Shown: positions 39,973 through 51,093 of the stretch, piece after piece | Position numbering within the stretch: the stretch's first letter is position 1 | How the letters are laid out: every line of letters begins with the position of its first letter | Assembly: GCA_965200245.1 (NCBI GenBank) | Contig: CBDATS010000002.1 | Coordinates: 270,986 to 334,985 of the forward strand | Direction of reading: 5' to 3' | DNA: 64,000 nucleotides | DNA from: a bacterium | GTDB taxonomy: Bacteria; UBA8248 | The notes under the pieces: generated by a model | What the model saw: only the letters and a program-made list of their open reading frames with translations | The model's database searches: none | What the model was told of the DNA's origin: nothing | Translations under genes and position numbers: made by a program

Positions 39973-41688
39973 ATCGCTAGACTCCATGGTCGACTAACCG
40001 GTCTCAAACCAAAGCAAATCAAAGCTTTAGAAAGGTTGTACCGACGGAAGATACCCCTTGGTCAATTCGTTCACCTGGAACTTGGCCGTGAGTTGGCCCT
40101 CTTGTCGCATGAAATTTCCCGTCAGATCGGTCTGCTCATCGACCGGCTCGGTGTAGTGCGCCATGTGATCATCGGAGATGCGCGAGGGATCGGAATACCG
40201 GAGTTGGGCCGTGCGCGCTCCGGAATGGCCAGACTCAGGGGTCTTCGGTGCGTGCACACCCACTTGAACGCCTCTCCCCTTTCCCAGGAAGACCTGACGG
40301 ACATGGCCCTCTTGCGCCTCGACGCAATGGGGCTGATTGAAGTCCTTGGAGACGGGAGCGCGGGGCAATTTCATTTTGCCCACATCACACCTCGGCCTGC
40401 CGAGGAGAGTGCACAAGCCAACGGCCACTTTACTTTTGTGGAAAACCGCGTTCCGTGGGAAATCCAGTCGTTTCCCAATCTCGAATCGAATCGGGTAGAC
40501 ATCCATACACTCATTAATTCTCTCGAGAGTGAGTTCACCCGTCTGCAGAAATCATCCATCCATGTTGAGGAAGGAGAACGCGCCTTATTGGTGCATCTTG
40601 ACACTGGTCTGAATACGAGTCGTTCCCCTGAAGTCGAGTTAGAGGAATTGTCCTTACTGACCCGGGAGGCAGGTTTCATCCCCTGCGGACGGGTTCTCCA
40701 GCGTCGCAAGAAGCCGGATCCTCGTTTCGTCATAGGCAAGGGCCGGCTGGCGGAAGTCCTGATGAATTCGATGCAGGTGGGAGCCGAGGCGCTGTTCTTC
40801 ACCAACGAGTTGACGCCCTCACAAATTAAGAATTTATCTGAATTCACCGATCTGAAAATCCTTGATCGGACGCAAATCATTCTCGACATTTTCGCGCAAA
40901 GAGCAAGAAGCCGCGTGGGGAAACTCCAGGTGGAACTGGCGCTGCTGCGATACACGCTGCCCCGCATCTCCACCCAGCATACGGCATTGAGCAGACTCAC
41001 AGGTGGCATCGGCGGTAGAGGACCCGGTGAAACGAAGCTGGAAATTCACCGCCGGCGCGCATTCGAGCGCATTCGCAGAGTGGAGAAAGAACTCGAGAAT
41101 TTACAAAGAAAACGCTCCCAAGGTAGAAGGCTCCGCCAGCGGCGCCAGGTACCGATTCTTTCCCTGGTAGGCTATACCAACGCCGGAAAATCCACACTGC
41201 TCAACGCCCTGACAGACAGCGACGTCATGGCCGGGGACCGGCTTTTCGCCACCCTGGACACATCGAGCCGCAGACTCAGGCTTCCCCGCGAACAGGAAGT
41301 CATCATCACGGATACCGTCGGTTTCATTCACAACCTCCCCCGGGAATTGACAGGGGCGTTCCGCGCGACATTGGAAGAGTTGAGCGAAGCGGATCTCCTG
41401 CTTCATGTTGTGGATGCCTCATCCCCCCATTGTGAGGACAACCTGAATTCGGTAGAAAAAATCCTGGACGGGATCGGACCTGTCGGCACACCTGTCATTC
41501 GGGTTTTCAATAAAATGGACCAGACCGATGACATACGTCTGGCCAACCTGTGCCGCCGGTTCGATGGTATCGCAGTGAGCGGCATGGACCCCGAAAGTCT
41601 TGTTCCGCTAGTAAACGAGGCCGCCGACCGCTTATCGAGTATGGACCGGCAAGATGAGAAACAAGAATACGAACAAATCGCAAATTAA
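39973..41688 (+). CDS. hflX: GTPase HflX (long form), probable ATC start
   Basis: [50 protein letters not shown]. In-frame N-terminal extension [25 protein letters not shown] starts at ATC 39973 with AGGGAG 9 nt upstream. Confidence 0.93.
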   Translation: MARLHGRLTGLKPKQIKALERLYRRKIPLGQFVHLELGRELALLSHEISRQIGLLIDRLGVVRHVIIGDARGIGIPELGRARSGMARLRGLRCVHTHLNASPLSQEDLTDMALLRLDAMGLIEVLGDGSAGQFHFAHITPRPAEESAQANGHFTFVENRVPWEIQSFPNLESNRVDIHTLINSLESEFTRLQKSSIHVEEGERALLVHLDTGLNTSRSPEVELEELSLLTREAGFIPCGRVLQRRKKPDPRFVIGKGRLAEVLMNSMQVGAEALFFTNELTPSQIKNLSEFTDLKILDRTQIILDIFAQRARSRVGKLQVELALLRYTLPRISTQHTALSRLTGGIGGRGPGETKLEIHRRRAFERIRRVEKELENLQRKRSQGRRLRQRRQVPILSLVGYTNAGKSTLLNALTDSDVMAGDRLFATLDTSSRRLRLPREQEVIITDTVGFIHNLPRELTGAFRATLEELSEADLLLHVVDASSPHCEDNLNSVEKILDGIGPVGTPVIRVFNKMDQTDDIRLANLCRRFDGIAVSGMDPESLVPLVNEAADRLSSMDRQDEKQEYEQIAN

Positions 41689-41706
41689 TTCTCTCCTGAA
41701 TAAAAC

Positions 41707-42700
41707 GAGTTACTGTCAAATCCGGTGTACGGCCGTCCCGAGTCCGGCGGCCTCCCTGCCCGTTTCGTTTTCCTTCACCCCATCGGTGAACCTCACGTCG
41801 GCGATCACGTCTGCCAGGCAGTGGAAGCCGTTCAGCCTGCGCCACCGCTTCTGCGCACTCATGGCGAGCCGGTGCACGGGACCGGGCGCCGTCCTCCCGC
41901 TCAGGCAGTTCCCCGTCTTCGCCGTACACAGCCGGATGGTGGCGAAGGTCGACTCGCGGGGATTCGTCGTCCGCAGATGCCTCCGGTGGGCTGCGGGGAA
42001 GTCGTGGAAGGCGGGCAGTTCCCCGCGGTCCCCCGCCAGGCATTCCGCAACCCTGGGATACTTCGCCTCCTCCTGCACGCGTCCGGGCATCCTGTCGGGC
42101 ACGTTCGCCGTCCTGTGCACCCGGCAGCGCTGTCCCCGGGTCTCGGGATACACCTCGGCCAGGGCCGACCGGAACCCCGGCCCCCCCGTCGCCCACCGCC
42201 GGCCCTGCCGCCTTCACACCCCGGTCCCTTGAACTCAGAAGAACAGCCTTCCAGCTCTCCCTCGACTCGCGGAACCCCGCCTCCAGGGCCAGGAAGTGCC
42301 TGCGACCACGCGTGTCGCAGCCCACTGCCACCAGGAGACACCTTCTCTCCCCGCTGCGCACGTTCACGCAGATCCCGTCCCCTCCCCGGTCGCGCTCGCG
42401 CCACTGGGCGTACCCGCGTTCCCGGCCCTCCTTCAGCCGCGCAACCGTCGCCGGGGACAGGCCACGCGCCGACCCGAAGTCGTTCGTTGACACCCCCTTG
42501 CACCGGAACCAGGGAATCACCGCCTCCACACGCCCCGTCTTCTTCAGGCAGGGGGGCAGCAGCTCCGGGCGGAAGCACCGGCCCGCGGCGACCCTGTCCC
42601 GCGTCCGCGGCACACGGACCCGTACCGGGCCGATCCCCGTCAGTACCTCCCGGGACGGGAGCCAGCCGTTGCGCACGGGGGCGCGGCGACCCCGGGCGTC
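41707..42700 (-). mobile_element. Degenerate IS256-family element (transposase fragments plus terminal IR)
   Basis: [65 protein letters not shown]; frameshifted. Terminal IR starts at 41707. Confidence 0.88.
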
Positions 42701-43375
42701 GCGCGCCCATATCCAGGCGATCACTGTCGTCTCCCCGCCACCATGCTCCCTAGGCAGATCCACCTGCGGATACAGATGGCCGATGCGCTCGAAGGCCCGC
42801 TCCCGCATCCAGGCTCCGTAGTATTTGACATCCTCGGCCAGGCCCTCGGCGTTCCGGTAGTGATTGCGCTCTTTCGGACCCGGATGCGCCGGTTCGCGGT
42901 CCTTGAACAGCGGGGGAATCTCGATCATCGCCTTGCCAATCACGACGGCCACGGGGTTCAGATCGCTGCCGTAGGCGGGAAGTCCCAGACGCTGTGCCTC
43001 AAGTGGAATGGAGCCGCCACCCGAGAAGGGGTCGTAGACGGGAGGCAGTTCACCATTACAATTCCTGACAATCTCGGCACGGGCGCGTGCGAGCACCTCC
43101 TCGTTGGTCGAGTTTTCCCATTTCACGAGATATTCTATTATGGCGAAGAGCCGTCGGCGTTCAGTCTCCACGGTCTCTTGCGTGGGGAATCTATCGGGAT
43201 GAGCCGAGGGGTCGTCCACCAGTTGCGCGAACAGTACCGCACGGCAGGTTGCCAGCGGCCTCCTGGCCCACCATAGGTGCAGCGTGGAGGGATGGCAGTG
43301 GCGGATCGATTTTTCCCGCAATGAAGCGGCGTTGATCGCATCAAGCGGAAGCGCGACCTCGATCAGTTTTTCGTT
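42701..43375 (-). pseudogene. DUF1156 adenine DNA methylase, N-terminal fragment truncated by IS256
   Basis: [61 protein letters not shown], ending at VIAWIWAR. No in-frame start codon before KLIEV. Confidence 0.88.
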
Positions 43376-44402
43376 ATCTGGTGGCTACCAGCCCGGCCGC
43401 TTTCGAAATGCTCCTGGCCAGTTCTTTGTAATCACGGTATGCGTTGGTTACGGCCACCGAATGGCTGCCTATGGCACCATCGGCAGGAGTCAAATGAAAA
43501 ATCGGTTTACGGGTCTCCTGGGCCATTGGCACGAGACTACGGTAATGACGAATCGTGGACAGGCAATGAACGTCTACCCCTGGCGTAGGTGTAGGCGTAG
43601 GTGTAAGTGGCGGTACGTCGGTTTTGCCCAGCAACATCCTGGCATATTCCCGTGGCATTCTGTTAACCCACTTGTCATAGGCCTTGACCGGACGATCAAG
43701 CCTGATCCCGTGCTGCTGAATAATGTACCCTACGGGCTGCATGCTGCCCTCCGGCAGCAAAAATTCCGGGCGTTCCCAGTTATCCAGGCGCTTTCTCCAG
43801 TCCTGACGCCATTGGTGCAACGTCGGCCCGAGGTTTCTCAGTCCCTGGAGTGAGAAGATGTCCGCCGCGAGAGGCACGATGACCTTGTCCGTCGCAATCA
43901 AAGCGGAGCGGTTGATTGCTCCCAGGTTGGGGCCGACATCGGCGATAATCACTGTTGCATCGCATTGTTTCGCCCCGTCCTGCATGATTATCCAGAAGCT
44001 GGACAGAATACGAAATGCCCGATAAAGGCTATCGGAGCCGAGAGCGTTGGGCCACTGCTCCGAGAGCGTGCTTTCGAAACCGGACAGTGCCAAGTCGCCC
44101 GGCAGCAAGGAGAGGGACGGTGAAATGCCCTGAACTTTCGGTGAGAGGAGATCGCCGACTTCCGTGAGCGGCTTGACGCACTGGAATATGGTGGCACCGC
44201 GATTTTCCGTTTTTCCCCCGTCCCAGATTTCTTCCAGCGTATCTTCATCGAGAAACGCGGCCGTCAGATTGGCCTGCGGATCCAGATCGCACACGAGCAC
44301 AATATGGCCGATTTCTGACAGCATCCAGGCCAGATGATAGGCGAGCGAGGTCTTGCCCACGCCGCCCTTGTTGTTGAAAAAAGTGAGAACCGGAACACTC
44401 AT
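43374..44402 (-). CDS. ParA/AAA_31 family ATPase
   Basis: [46 protein letters not shown]. Confidence 0.9.
   Translation of the reverse strand: MSVPVLTFFNNKGGVGKTSLAYHLAWMLSEIGHIVLVCDLDPQANLTAAFLDEDTLEEIWDGGKTENRGATIFQCVKPLTEVGDLLSPKVQGISPSLSLLPGDLALSGFESTLSEQWPNALGSDSLYRAFRILSSFWIIMQDGAKQCDATVIIADVGPNLGAINRSALIATDKVIVPLAADIFSLQGLRNLGPTLHQWRQDWRKRLDNWERPEFLLPEGSMQPVGYIIQQHGIRLDRPVKAYDKWVNRMPREYARMLLGKTDVPPLTPTPTPTPGVDVHCLSTIRHYRSLVPMAQETRKPIFHLTPADGAIGSHSVAVTNAYRDYKELARSISKAAGLVATR
43581..43606 (-). repeat. Hexamer tandem repeat encoding TPTPTPTP
   Basis: ACACCT/ACGCCT-type units repeated about four times within the ParA-like gene. Confidence 0.55.
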
Positions 44403-45610
44403 CCGCTCTTTCCTTCGATAGTAGCCAGAATGAAGTTGTCGTCCACGTCAAATCGAAGTTCCGGGTTTCCATTGTCGACAAGCGCCTTTTGCGCACTGGC
44501 GATGCCTACCCCGAAACGTTGCACGAAACCAGACACTTTCATCGCTTCCGCCAGGTTGGGGTTACGGTAGTCGGTAATACCGGGCCGCCCGAAATTCTCC
44601 CGCGTCACGCTGCCGAACGGTCCGCCGGGACTCTGGAACTCAATGCGATCGTTGAACCATGTAATCCGCACCGGCGCGTTCGTGTGTTCGTAAGTCCGGT
44701 GCATGATGGCATTCCGCGAAATCTGCTGAAGGGCGACCAGCGGATAGGACGGCAAACGAAGTTCTGTACCAGACCTCGTCAGCTCGACTCGTGTTTGGAT
44801 GTGCGCCTTCATCTTATCATCCATTCGCCTGATCACCATGGCCAAGTCACCGCTAATCTCTTCTGCATCGATTACGACATCGGACAATTCCGTCCCGTCA
44901 ATACGGAGAAACTGGACCCATGCGTTGGGAATATAATCACGCGGACTTATACCGAGGGTTAAGAGACCGAGAACGGTCGGTATGGGATCATCGGCGGAAG
45001 CGACCATCTTCGTGGCCGCAAGACGCTCACTCAGGCTTCTGTCATTTTCCTCGAGCGTCTCCGCACTGAATGCCCTCGGCAGGTATTCATTTTCAAATTG
45101 ATAGCGATTCAGGTTCGAGAGATCGGCGGTCGGCACGGGTCGGACATCAAAAGGTGTATCCAGGGCACGTCTTTTCTCGTTCAGAATTCGTTCATCCTGC
45201 GCCGTCGCAACCCCGCGTCTCGAGCTAATCCTTACATGAATGCTCCCTTGGTAACGCACCGGAGGAGAATCCGACGGCATGACGGTAACCACGGCCACCT
45301 CGCTACCCATCATCTCTCTCTTCTCGACCAGCATGACAGGAGGCGGCACTATCTGGCCGTCACTCTTCACGTCGGCAAGCTGGCGCAAAATCTCATCCGT
45401 AATTCGCAGGCCCGCTGGTTGTCTTCTATCGTCCACACCCACAAACAAGATACCTGGCTGGCCGGTGCCTGCCAAGTCGTTGGCGAAGGCACAAACCGCT
45501 TCCCGAATCCTCTGTGGCGTTTGCTGCCCACTCAGACTTTCCTTGAACTCGACGCGATAATTCTCCCCTTCTTCGAGAAATTTCCCGAGTTCCTGATCAT
45601 TCAATCTCAT
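44399..45610 (-). CDS. Schlafen/AlbA_2 domain plus HATPase_c_4 domain protein
   Basis: GENYRVEFKES, VCAFAN, LFVGVDD; NAIMHRTY, DRIEFQSPGG, YRNPNLA, GFVQRFGVGI. ATGA overlaps on both sides. Confidence 0.85.
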   Translation of the reverse strand: MRLNDQELGKFLEEGENYRVEFKESLSGQQTPQRIREAVCAFANDLAGTGQPGILFVGVDDRRQPAGLRITDEILRQLADVKSDGQIVPPPVMLVEKREMMGSEVAVVTVMPSDSPPVRYQGSIHVRISSRRGVATAQDERILNEKRRALDTPFDVRPVPTADLSNLNRYQFENEYLPRAFSAETLEENDRSLSERLAATKMVASADDPIPTVLGLLTLGISPRDYIPNAWVQFLRIDGTELSDVVIDAEEISGDLAMVIRRMDDKMKAHIQTRVELTRSGTELRLPSYPLVALQQISRNAIMHRTYEHTNAPVRITWFNDRIEFQSPGGPFGSVTRENFGRPGITDYRNPNLAEAMKVSGFVQRFGVGIASAQKALVDNGNPELRFDVDDNFILATIEGKSG

Positions 45611-48600
45611 TTCGGGATCTCCGCACGTTCCAGCAGGCGCTTCAGATTGTACTGGACGGCGTTCTGCTCGAAGTTCGGCTCGTGTGCAGCGAGAGCACCC
45701 CGAACGTAGCGCGGCGGACCTGCAGATCCGTTACCTACCTCGACTATCGCGAGGATGAATTTTTCCGGCTCGTGTAGTGAAGTAATGATTTCCTGGCGTG
45801 TAATCATAACAGACTGAGCCCCATCCGCACGACCCTTGACCTCTATGAAGCGATGACCTCTGGTTTCGGGGTCGTAAGACTCGATGTCGTAACCGACCTT
45901 GTGCGCCGAGACGTCTACAGGTTCGTTGCCAAGTCCCCGTTCCGCCGCCATGACCGCATCCATGGCAGCAAACTCGATTTTTCGCCGTGCGTCCAGGTCG
46001 GCCGAAAAACCCTTCAAGTCGCCATCTCGCTCCGAGGCCGCTGTATCAATCAGTCCACGGGGAATGACCAGCATGCCACCACGGACGCGGGGTGGTCGCG
46101 AGGAGATGAATTTCTCCTGTTCCAGAATCGACATACGTCGCTTGAGGCGATCCGCTAGATATTCGGCGCGCTGTTCGGCGTTTTGCCAGCTGAGGCGTGT
46201 CTTCCTGCCGGCACGCTCCTGCTCTTTTAATTCATTGGCGCGGGAATACCAATGGTTGATCTCCTTGCTCAGACGTAACCTCACCTCATGTTCGACTTTT
46301 TCGATTTCGGGCAGACGGCGCGCCCGGACGGCCGCGACATGCTCACGCGCCAGTTCCGTCGTCGCGAAATCGGTCGCCCTTTGTTCAAAACCACTGCGCA
46401 ACCATGCCTCTGTCGATGCGTCCTCTATGAGCGAGACTTCCTCGGGCCGCACAGGGCGCAGGTTCAGATGCGGTGCGACCCCCGCCCTGCTCACCTCACC
46501 ATCCTTACCGATGGCTGCAAACTGGAGTTTTTGGGAAACGATGTGGGGCTTTCCTGTCGCTGTTGTCCGAGCGTCCTGGACACTGTGCTCCAGCAATACC
46601 ACCGCCGACAACTCCTCGCCAGGATCGGTTTCATCCACCAGTACCGCGCCCTGCCGCATCAGGTAGTCGTATTTCTCTCGTATAATGCTGATCACAGATT
46701 CGAGAAGCGGGTGGCCGGGCGTAACGAATACGGCGACGGGTTGCAAGTCGATATTTTCCTTCTCGAAACATATCCGTTCGTAGCGCTTCTGGATAGCGGC
46801 CCCTGTGCCGATCTGACGGTCGCGCTCGCGAACGGCAACTGGAACGTGGGTGATCTCCCAGCGGCCTTTCTCGCGCCGCTTCATGCGTCCGCCAAGATGC
46901 TGGAAGGCTTCGACGAAGAAGCTCTGGATATGACAGGGCTGTAGCCGCTGTGTCTGGGCGCGCTCCATGGCAAGACGAAGCTTTTCGACCGCAGCCACCC
47001 CGAGGGTGTTGCTGGTCAACGCCCGTCGTTCCAGGAGCCGGAGCAGGTGTTCCTGATCCGCTGCGCCGTCGACCTTTTCGAACAATCGGGCCTTGACCTC
47101 TTCCTGTTCACCGTACTGAATGGCTTCGAACAGGAGGTCTTTCAATGCTGTATCCTCGAAGAGTTCGCCGAGCACGTCGTAGACCCGTCCCCCGAGTGCC
47201 TCGCGCGCAGTTTCCAGTTTTTCCAGCAATCGCGCGTACACTTCCCCCTCGCGCGTATCCGCCGCAACCAGATTCCACAAGTGGCAAACCTCTGTCTGTC
47301 CGATGCGGTGAATCCGCCCGAAACGCTGCTCGATTCGGTTCGGGTTCCAGGGCAGGTCGTAATTGACCATCAGATGACCGCGTTGAAGGTTCACGCCCTC
47401 GCCCGCGGCATCGTTGGCGACCAGCACCAGCAGGTCACGATCGGCCACGAAGCGCTCGACGGTTTTGCGCCTCTCTTCCCGGCGTATCCCGCCATGAATG
47501 GCTGCGACTGCATCGGGATTTCCCAGGCGGGCTCGGATTTTATCGACGAGGTAATTGAGCGTGTCCTTGGGTTCAGTGAAGACGATGAGTTTGCGTCGCG
47601 CCCCGTGCGCATCGAGCATCAAAGGATGATCGAGAATCTGATCGAGTTGCGACCACTTCGTGTCCTGCCCCGAATGAAACAGGGCGAGAGCCTGATCTTC
47701 CAGCTTCTTGAGTCTCTTGATCTCGATACCGAGCTGTTCAAGCGTCTCAGAGGCCGTGGACTCCGCTGCAATGCGTTCCTCCAAAGCTTCGACCTCACCC
47801 TGGTCGAATTCTTCGAAGTCATGCCATCTCTCGTCGTCCACATCCATATCATCAGGGCGCATAGCCTGACCTTTCGCCGCAAGGCGCGTTTCGCCAAGTT
47901 CGATCTCAAGTCGCTCGCGCCTGCGCTTGAGAGACCGGTAGATCGCTGCCGGAGAAGAAGCGAGGCGACGCTGCAGGATTTGAAGAGCGAACCCGACGGC
48001 GTTGCGCTTTCGCCCGTCGTTTTCCGCGAAACGCTGGACACGGTTCATCTCCGTGCGGACGTAGTCCGTTACGGCAGAGTAGAGTGCGGCTTCCTCGCCC
48101 GAGAGTTCGTATTTCGCGGTGTAGGCGCGCCGTTCGGGAAAGAGTGGACGCGCATCGAAACGTAACAGTTCCTCCTTGGTAAGCCTGCGCATCAAGTCTT
48201 CGGTGTCGGCGTAATGAACACCGTCCCGAAAGCGTCCTTCGAACCGGTCGCCATCGATAAGCGCCATGAATAGCTGAAAGTCCTCCTCCTTGCCGTTGTG
48301 GGGAGTTACTGTCATGAGCAGCAGGTGGCGGCACATCCGTCCCAGAAGCTGGCCAATCCGGTAGCGTTTCGTGTACTTCACTTCGCCACCGAACCAGGTG
48401 GCCGCCATCCTGTGTGCTTCGTCGCAGACGATCAGATCCCATTCTGTCGCTTGCTCGATCTTCTCCTGAAGTGTCTCGTCGCGCGCCAGCATGTCGAGCC
48501 GCGCGATCAGGTGATTGCGTTCCCCGAAGGGATTGCCCGAGCGTGAGGTCTCTATCATCTCGCGTGTGAGAATATCGAACTCGAGCGAGAATTTCTCCCC

Positions 48601-49112
48601 GAGTTCGTCCTGCCACTGTTCGACCAGACTCCCGGGGGCGACGATAAGGCATCGCTCCAGATCGGCACGCGCGATGAGCTCCTTGATTAGCAACCCGGCC
48701 ATGATCGTCTTGCCTGCGCCCGGATCGTCAGCGAGGAGAAAGCGCAGCGGCTGGCGAGGGAGCATCTCACCGTAAACGGCGGATATCTGGTGGGGTAACG
48801 GGTCCACGCGGCTTGTATGAATGGCGAGATAGGGATCGAAATGGTATGCAAGTTCAATCCGGTTCGCCTCGGTGACCAGACGCAGAAGTGCCCGTCCCCG
48901 TCAAATGACCAAGCTCGGCCGCGCTCTTCGACCCCGAGGCGCGATTCATCGTCGCGATATAGAGTGGTCTCCGATACGCCGCCGTTCGGTTCGCGATAAA
49001 CAAGGTTGATCGCCTGGTTACCTATCCAGTCTATCGAAACGACCTGAACCGACTGGTCCGGAACAATACCTCGCACCATAGTGCCGGGACCGATATCCTC
49101 GAGTATGCTCAT
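45607..49112 (-). pseudogene. SNF2-family helicase with C-terminal DUF3883-like nuclease, frameshift at ~48890
   Basis: DPLPHQ, LLADDPGAGKT, DEAH, GEGVNLQ, WNPNRIEQRFGRIHRIGQ, GYDIES..FIEVKGR. N-terminal ORF 48687-49112 joins via WSFDGDG | LLRLVTEANRI if 1 nt is restored. Confidence 0.88.
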
Positions 49113-49502
49113 CCACAGACTCCAGGGGAAAAAATGAAATTCTCATGTGCCGCCTGCATGACGCACACGCCAGCTGCTTCGTCGGCACATAAAGGGGAGA
49201 ATATACCATGTGGGGACGAACAGTCGCTTGACGTTTTCTGTATTCCTGGCAAACTGCATGGAATCATTTCAGATTTTCAATCGCGAGTGTTTTCGTGTCA
49301 GAAAAAGGGGCCGCTACTTCTTCAACTGGCATTCCTGCATCTGTTTGGGTTCAGTATATTGGGTTGATCCACGGACAGGAGTGAAACACTTTTGGGGCGT
49401 GAAGCATAAGACACGAGCGGTAGGCGAATCGCCAGCCATCATTACACCAGACAGAACCCCTGTCACAAGGATGCTTTTTCTCATCCACTCCCCCCCATGA
49501 CA

Positions 49503-49683
49503 AAGACGACGAAATCCCGTCCTCCCGATAAGGCCGGGCCGTAGCTACCATCACAGAGAGAAAGTGAAAGTCCCGCCTATTTACCTAGGCTCAGGGAGCG
49601 ACCCCGAGTCGAGTACTAAGGCTGTTGTATTCAGCGAGTAACCCGACTTGGGCAAACGTCGGACTCTCTATAATGGTAGCTTG
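49503..49683 (-). ncRNA. Candidate structured RNA (~180 nt), family unidentified
   Basis: 18-bp closing stem 49664-49681 / 49543-49560, fully paired on the minus strand with two G-U wobbles, encloses further hairpins. TTGACA-18 nt-CATCAT lies just upstream. Confidence 0.45.
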
Positions 49684-49972
49684 GGAGTGATGATGCTCAA
49701 ACGGAATGGGACTTGTCAAGAAAGCAAATACTTTATGATACAGTATTTGAGACCTCGGTCAATTTTTGGACGATTTTTTATTGGAAGAATGTGAAAATGA
49801 ATCAAATGAGGATTACAAGAAGTTAAAAACAACGGGTAGAAGTATTGGAGAGGATAAAACACCTTTGACATGGATCCGCATGAGTTGTTCGATTTCCTGT
49901 ATCCAGTGTTACACCGCCAACCTCCACTGGAGGCATTCTTGGCCACGCCATCGCCTGCGGATGACATGAGTC

Positions 49973-50170
49973 TCAAGTGAGCTGGGCGGCCGCATCTCCT
50001 CTCTTGGCCAATGGGTACAAGTGCTGTCGCGCCTCTTGGTAGCCACCCCGCTTGCATGCCTCAAGCCCTTTTTCGAAATCCGCGCCATGAGCGGAAACAG
50101 CCGCCAAGCTCTGCAGGAATACGATGAGGACATATCCAATCGCTCGCATCCGATGATTTCTCCGCTTCAA
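49973..50170 (-). pseudogene. Sel1-like repeat protein N-terminal fragment
   Basis: Signal-like stretch then ADFEKGLEACKRGGYQEARQHLYPLAKRGDAAAQ, followed by a stop. Confidence 0.65.
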
Positions 50171-50320
50171 GGCCCTCTAAATGGGATTTACGTATCAAAT
50201 TCCGCAAGAGACTGATCGGAAAAGTGAATAAAATCAACCAGTTAATTACTTATTGGGGAGTGGGAAAACGGGTGAAAACAGGAAATTATATACGTTCTCA
50301 CCTACAGCGAAAGCGAAGAG

Positions 50321-50515
50321 TTACACTTTACCGGAAATGTTAGCGGATTTCAGAATCCCGTTTGCCGTGTGTCTGCTTTTGATATTCTTCGGAACAATTA
50401 CTTTCTCGTTGGTATCTAGGCTCCTCCATATTTCATGGGATCCCTTTGCCTCTCGGTGTTTTATCCAATTATCATCCTTGAGTTTTTTCACGATATCAGC
50501 ATAGAAACCAGCCAT
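50321..50515 (-). CDS. hicA: HicA family toxin
   Basis: REAKGSHEIW, VIVP, HTANGILKSA. Confidence 0.85.
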   Translation of the reverse strand: MAGFYADIVKKLKDDNWIKHREAKGSHEIWRSLDTNEKVIVPKNIKSRHTANGILKSANISGKV

Positions 50516-50709
50516 TATGTAACGACTTCCACATCCGGTCGTTGCCATTCAAGATGGTTTGAGGCCAGCAAATCACCAGCGATATCTTTGAGAGTTTCCT
50601 CAAATTGGTCTATGGTTTCGGCTTCGATGTGAAGGCCTCTGATATTACTCTCAGAGACGTATATTCGGTTCTTTTCGTCCCAAATAGCTTTTACCCTGAA
50701 ATTCTCCAT
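50515..50709 (-). CDS. DUF1902/HicB-like antitoxin
   Basis: FRVKAIWDEKNRIYVSESNIRGLHIEAETIDQF; TAATG coupling to hicA; GGAGGAG RBS. Confidence 0.8.
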   Translation of the reverse strand: MENFRVKAIWDEKNRIYVSESNIRGLHIEAETIDQFEETLKDIAGDLLASNHLEWQRPDVEVVT

Positions 50710-51093
50710 GGTCTCTCCTCCCCTTTGGCAACCATATTTCGATTGATGCAACCCCCACAAATTGTAAGTTGATATGCAATATTTTCACTTAAACCTCAAG
50801 CAGAAATCAAAGCCAGTTGAATAAACTCTCCCCAACCCACCACCAAGAAAACCGGAAGAAAAGAATAAACAGTAACAGGCTTCTCTCGATTCCCTTGGGA
50901 GTTTAAATTGTTTTGGTATCTAATTCCACTTTTCTTTTCTGAAGAAGAGTCAATAGTAAATCGAAGTGGGAAAACAAGATGCCCAGCGAGGAAGAATTGA
51001 ACCTGAAATGGAAACTGGTCAGGAAAGAGGCTGAAACATGGAAACCGATCAGTGTTTTGCAGAATTCAACAAGCGAATCGCTAGAGGATCGAG

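Noticed and set aside
41507-43321. 604-aa novel fusion protein
   Set aside because: Accidental read-through from a truncated methylase into a frameshifted IS256; the C-terminal part is off-frame sequence.
49540-49685. Assigning the structured element to a retron msr-msd, group II intron or c-di-GMP riboswitch
   Set aside because: No reverse transcriptase nearby and only short motif resemblances (GTGAAAGTCC, GGCAAAC); kept as unidentified.
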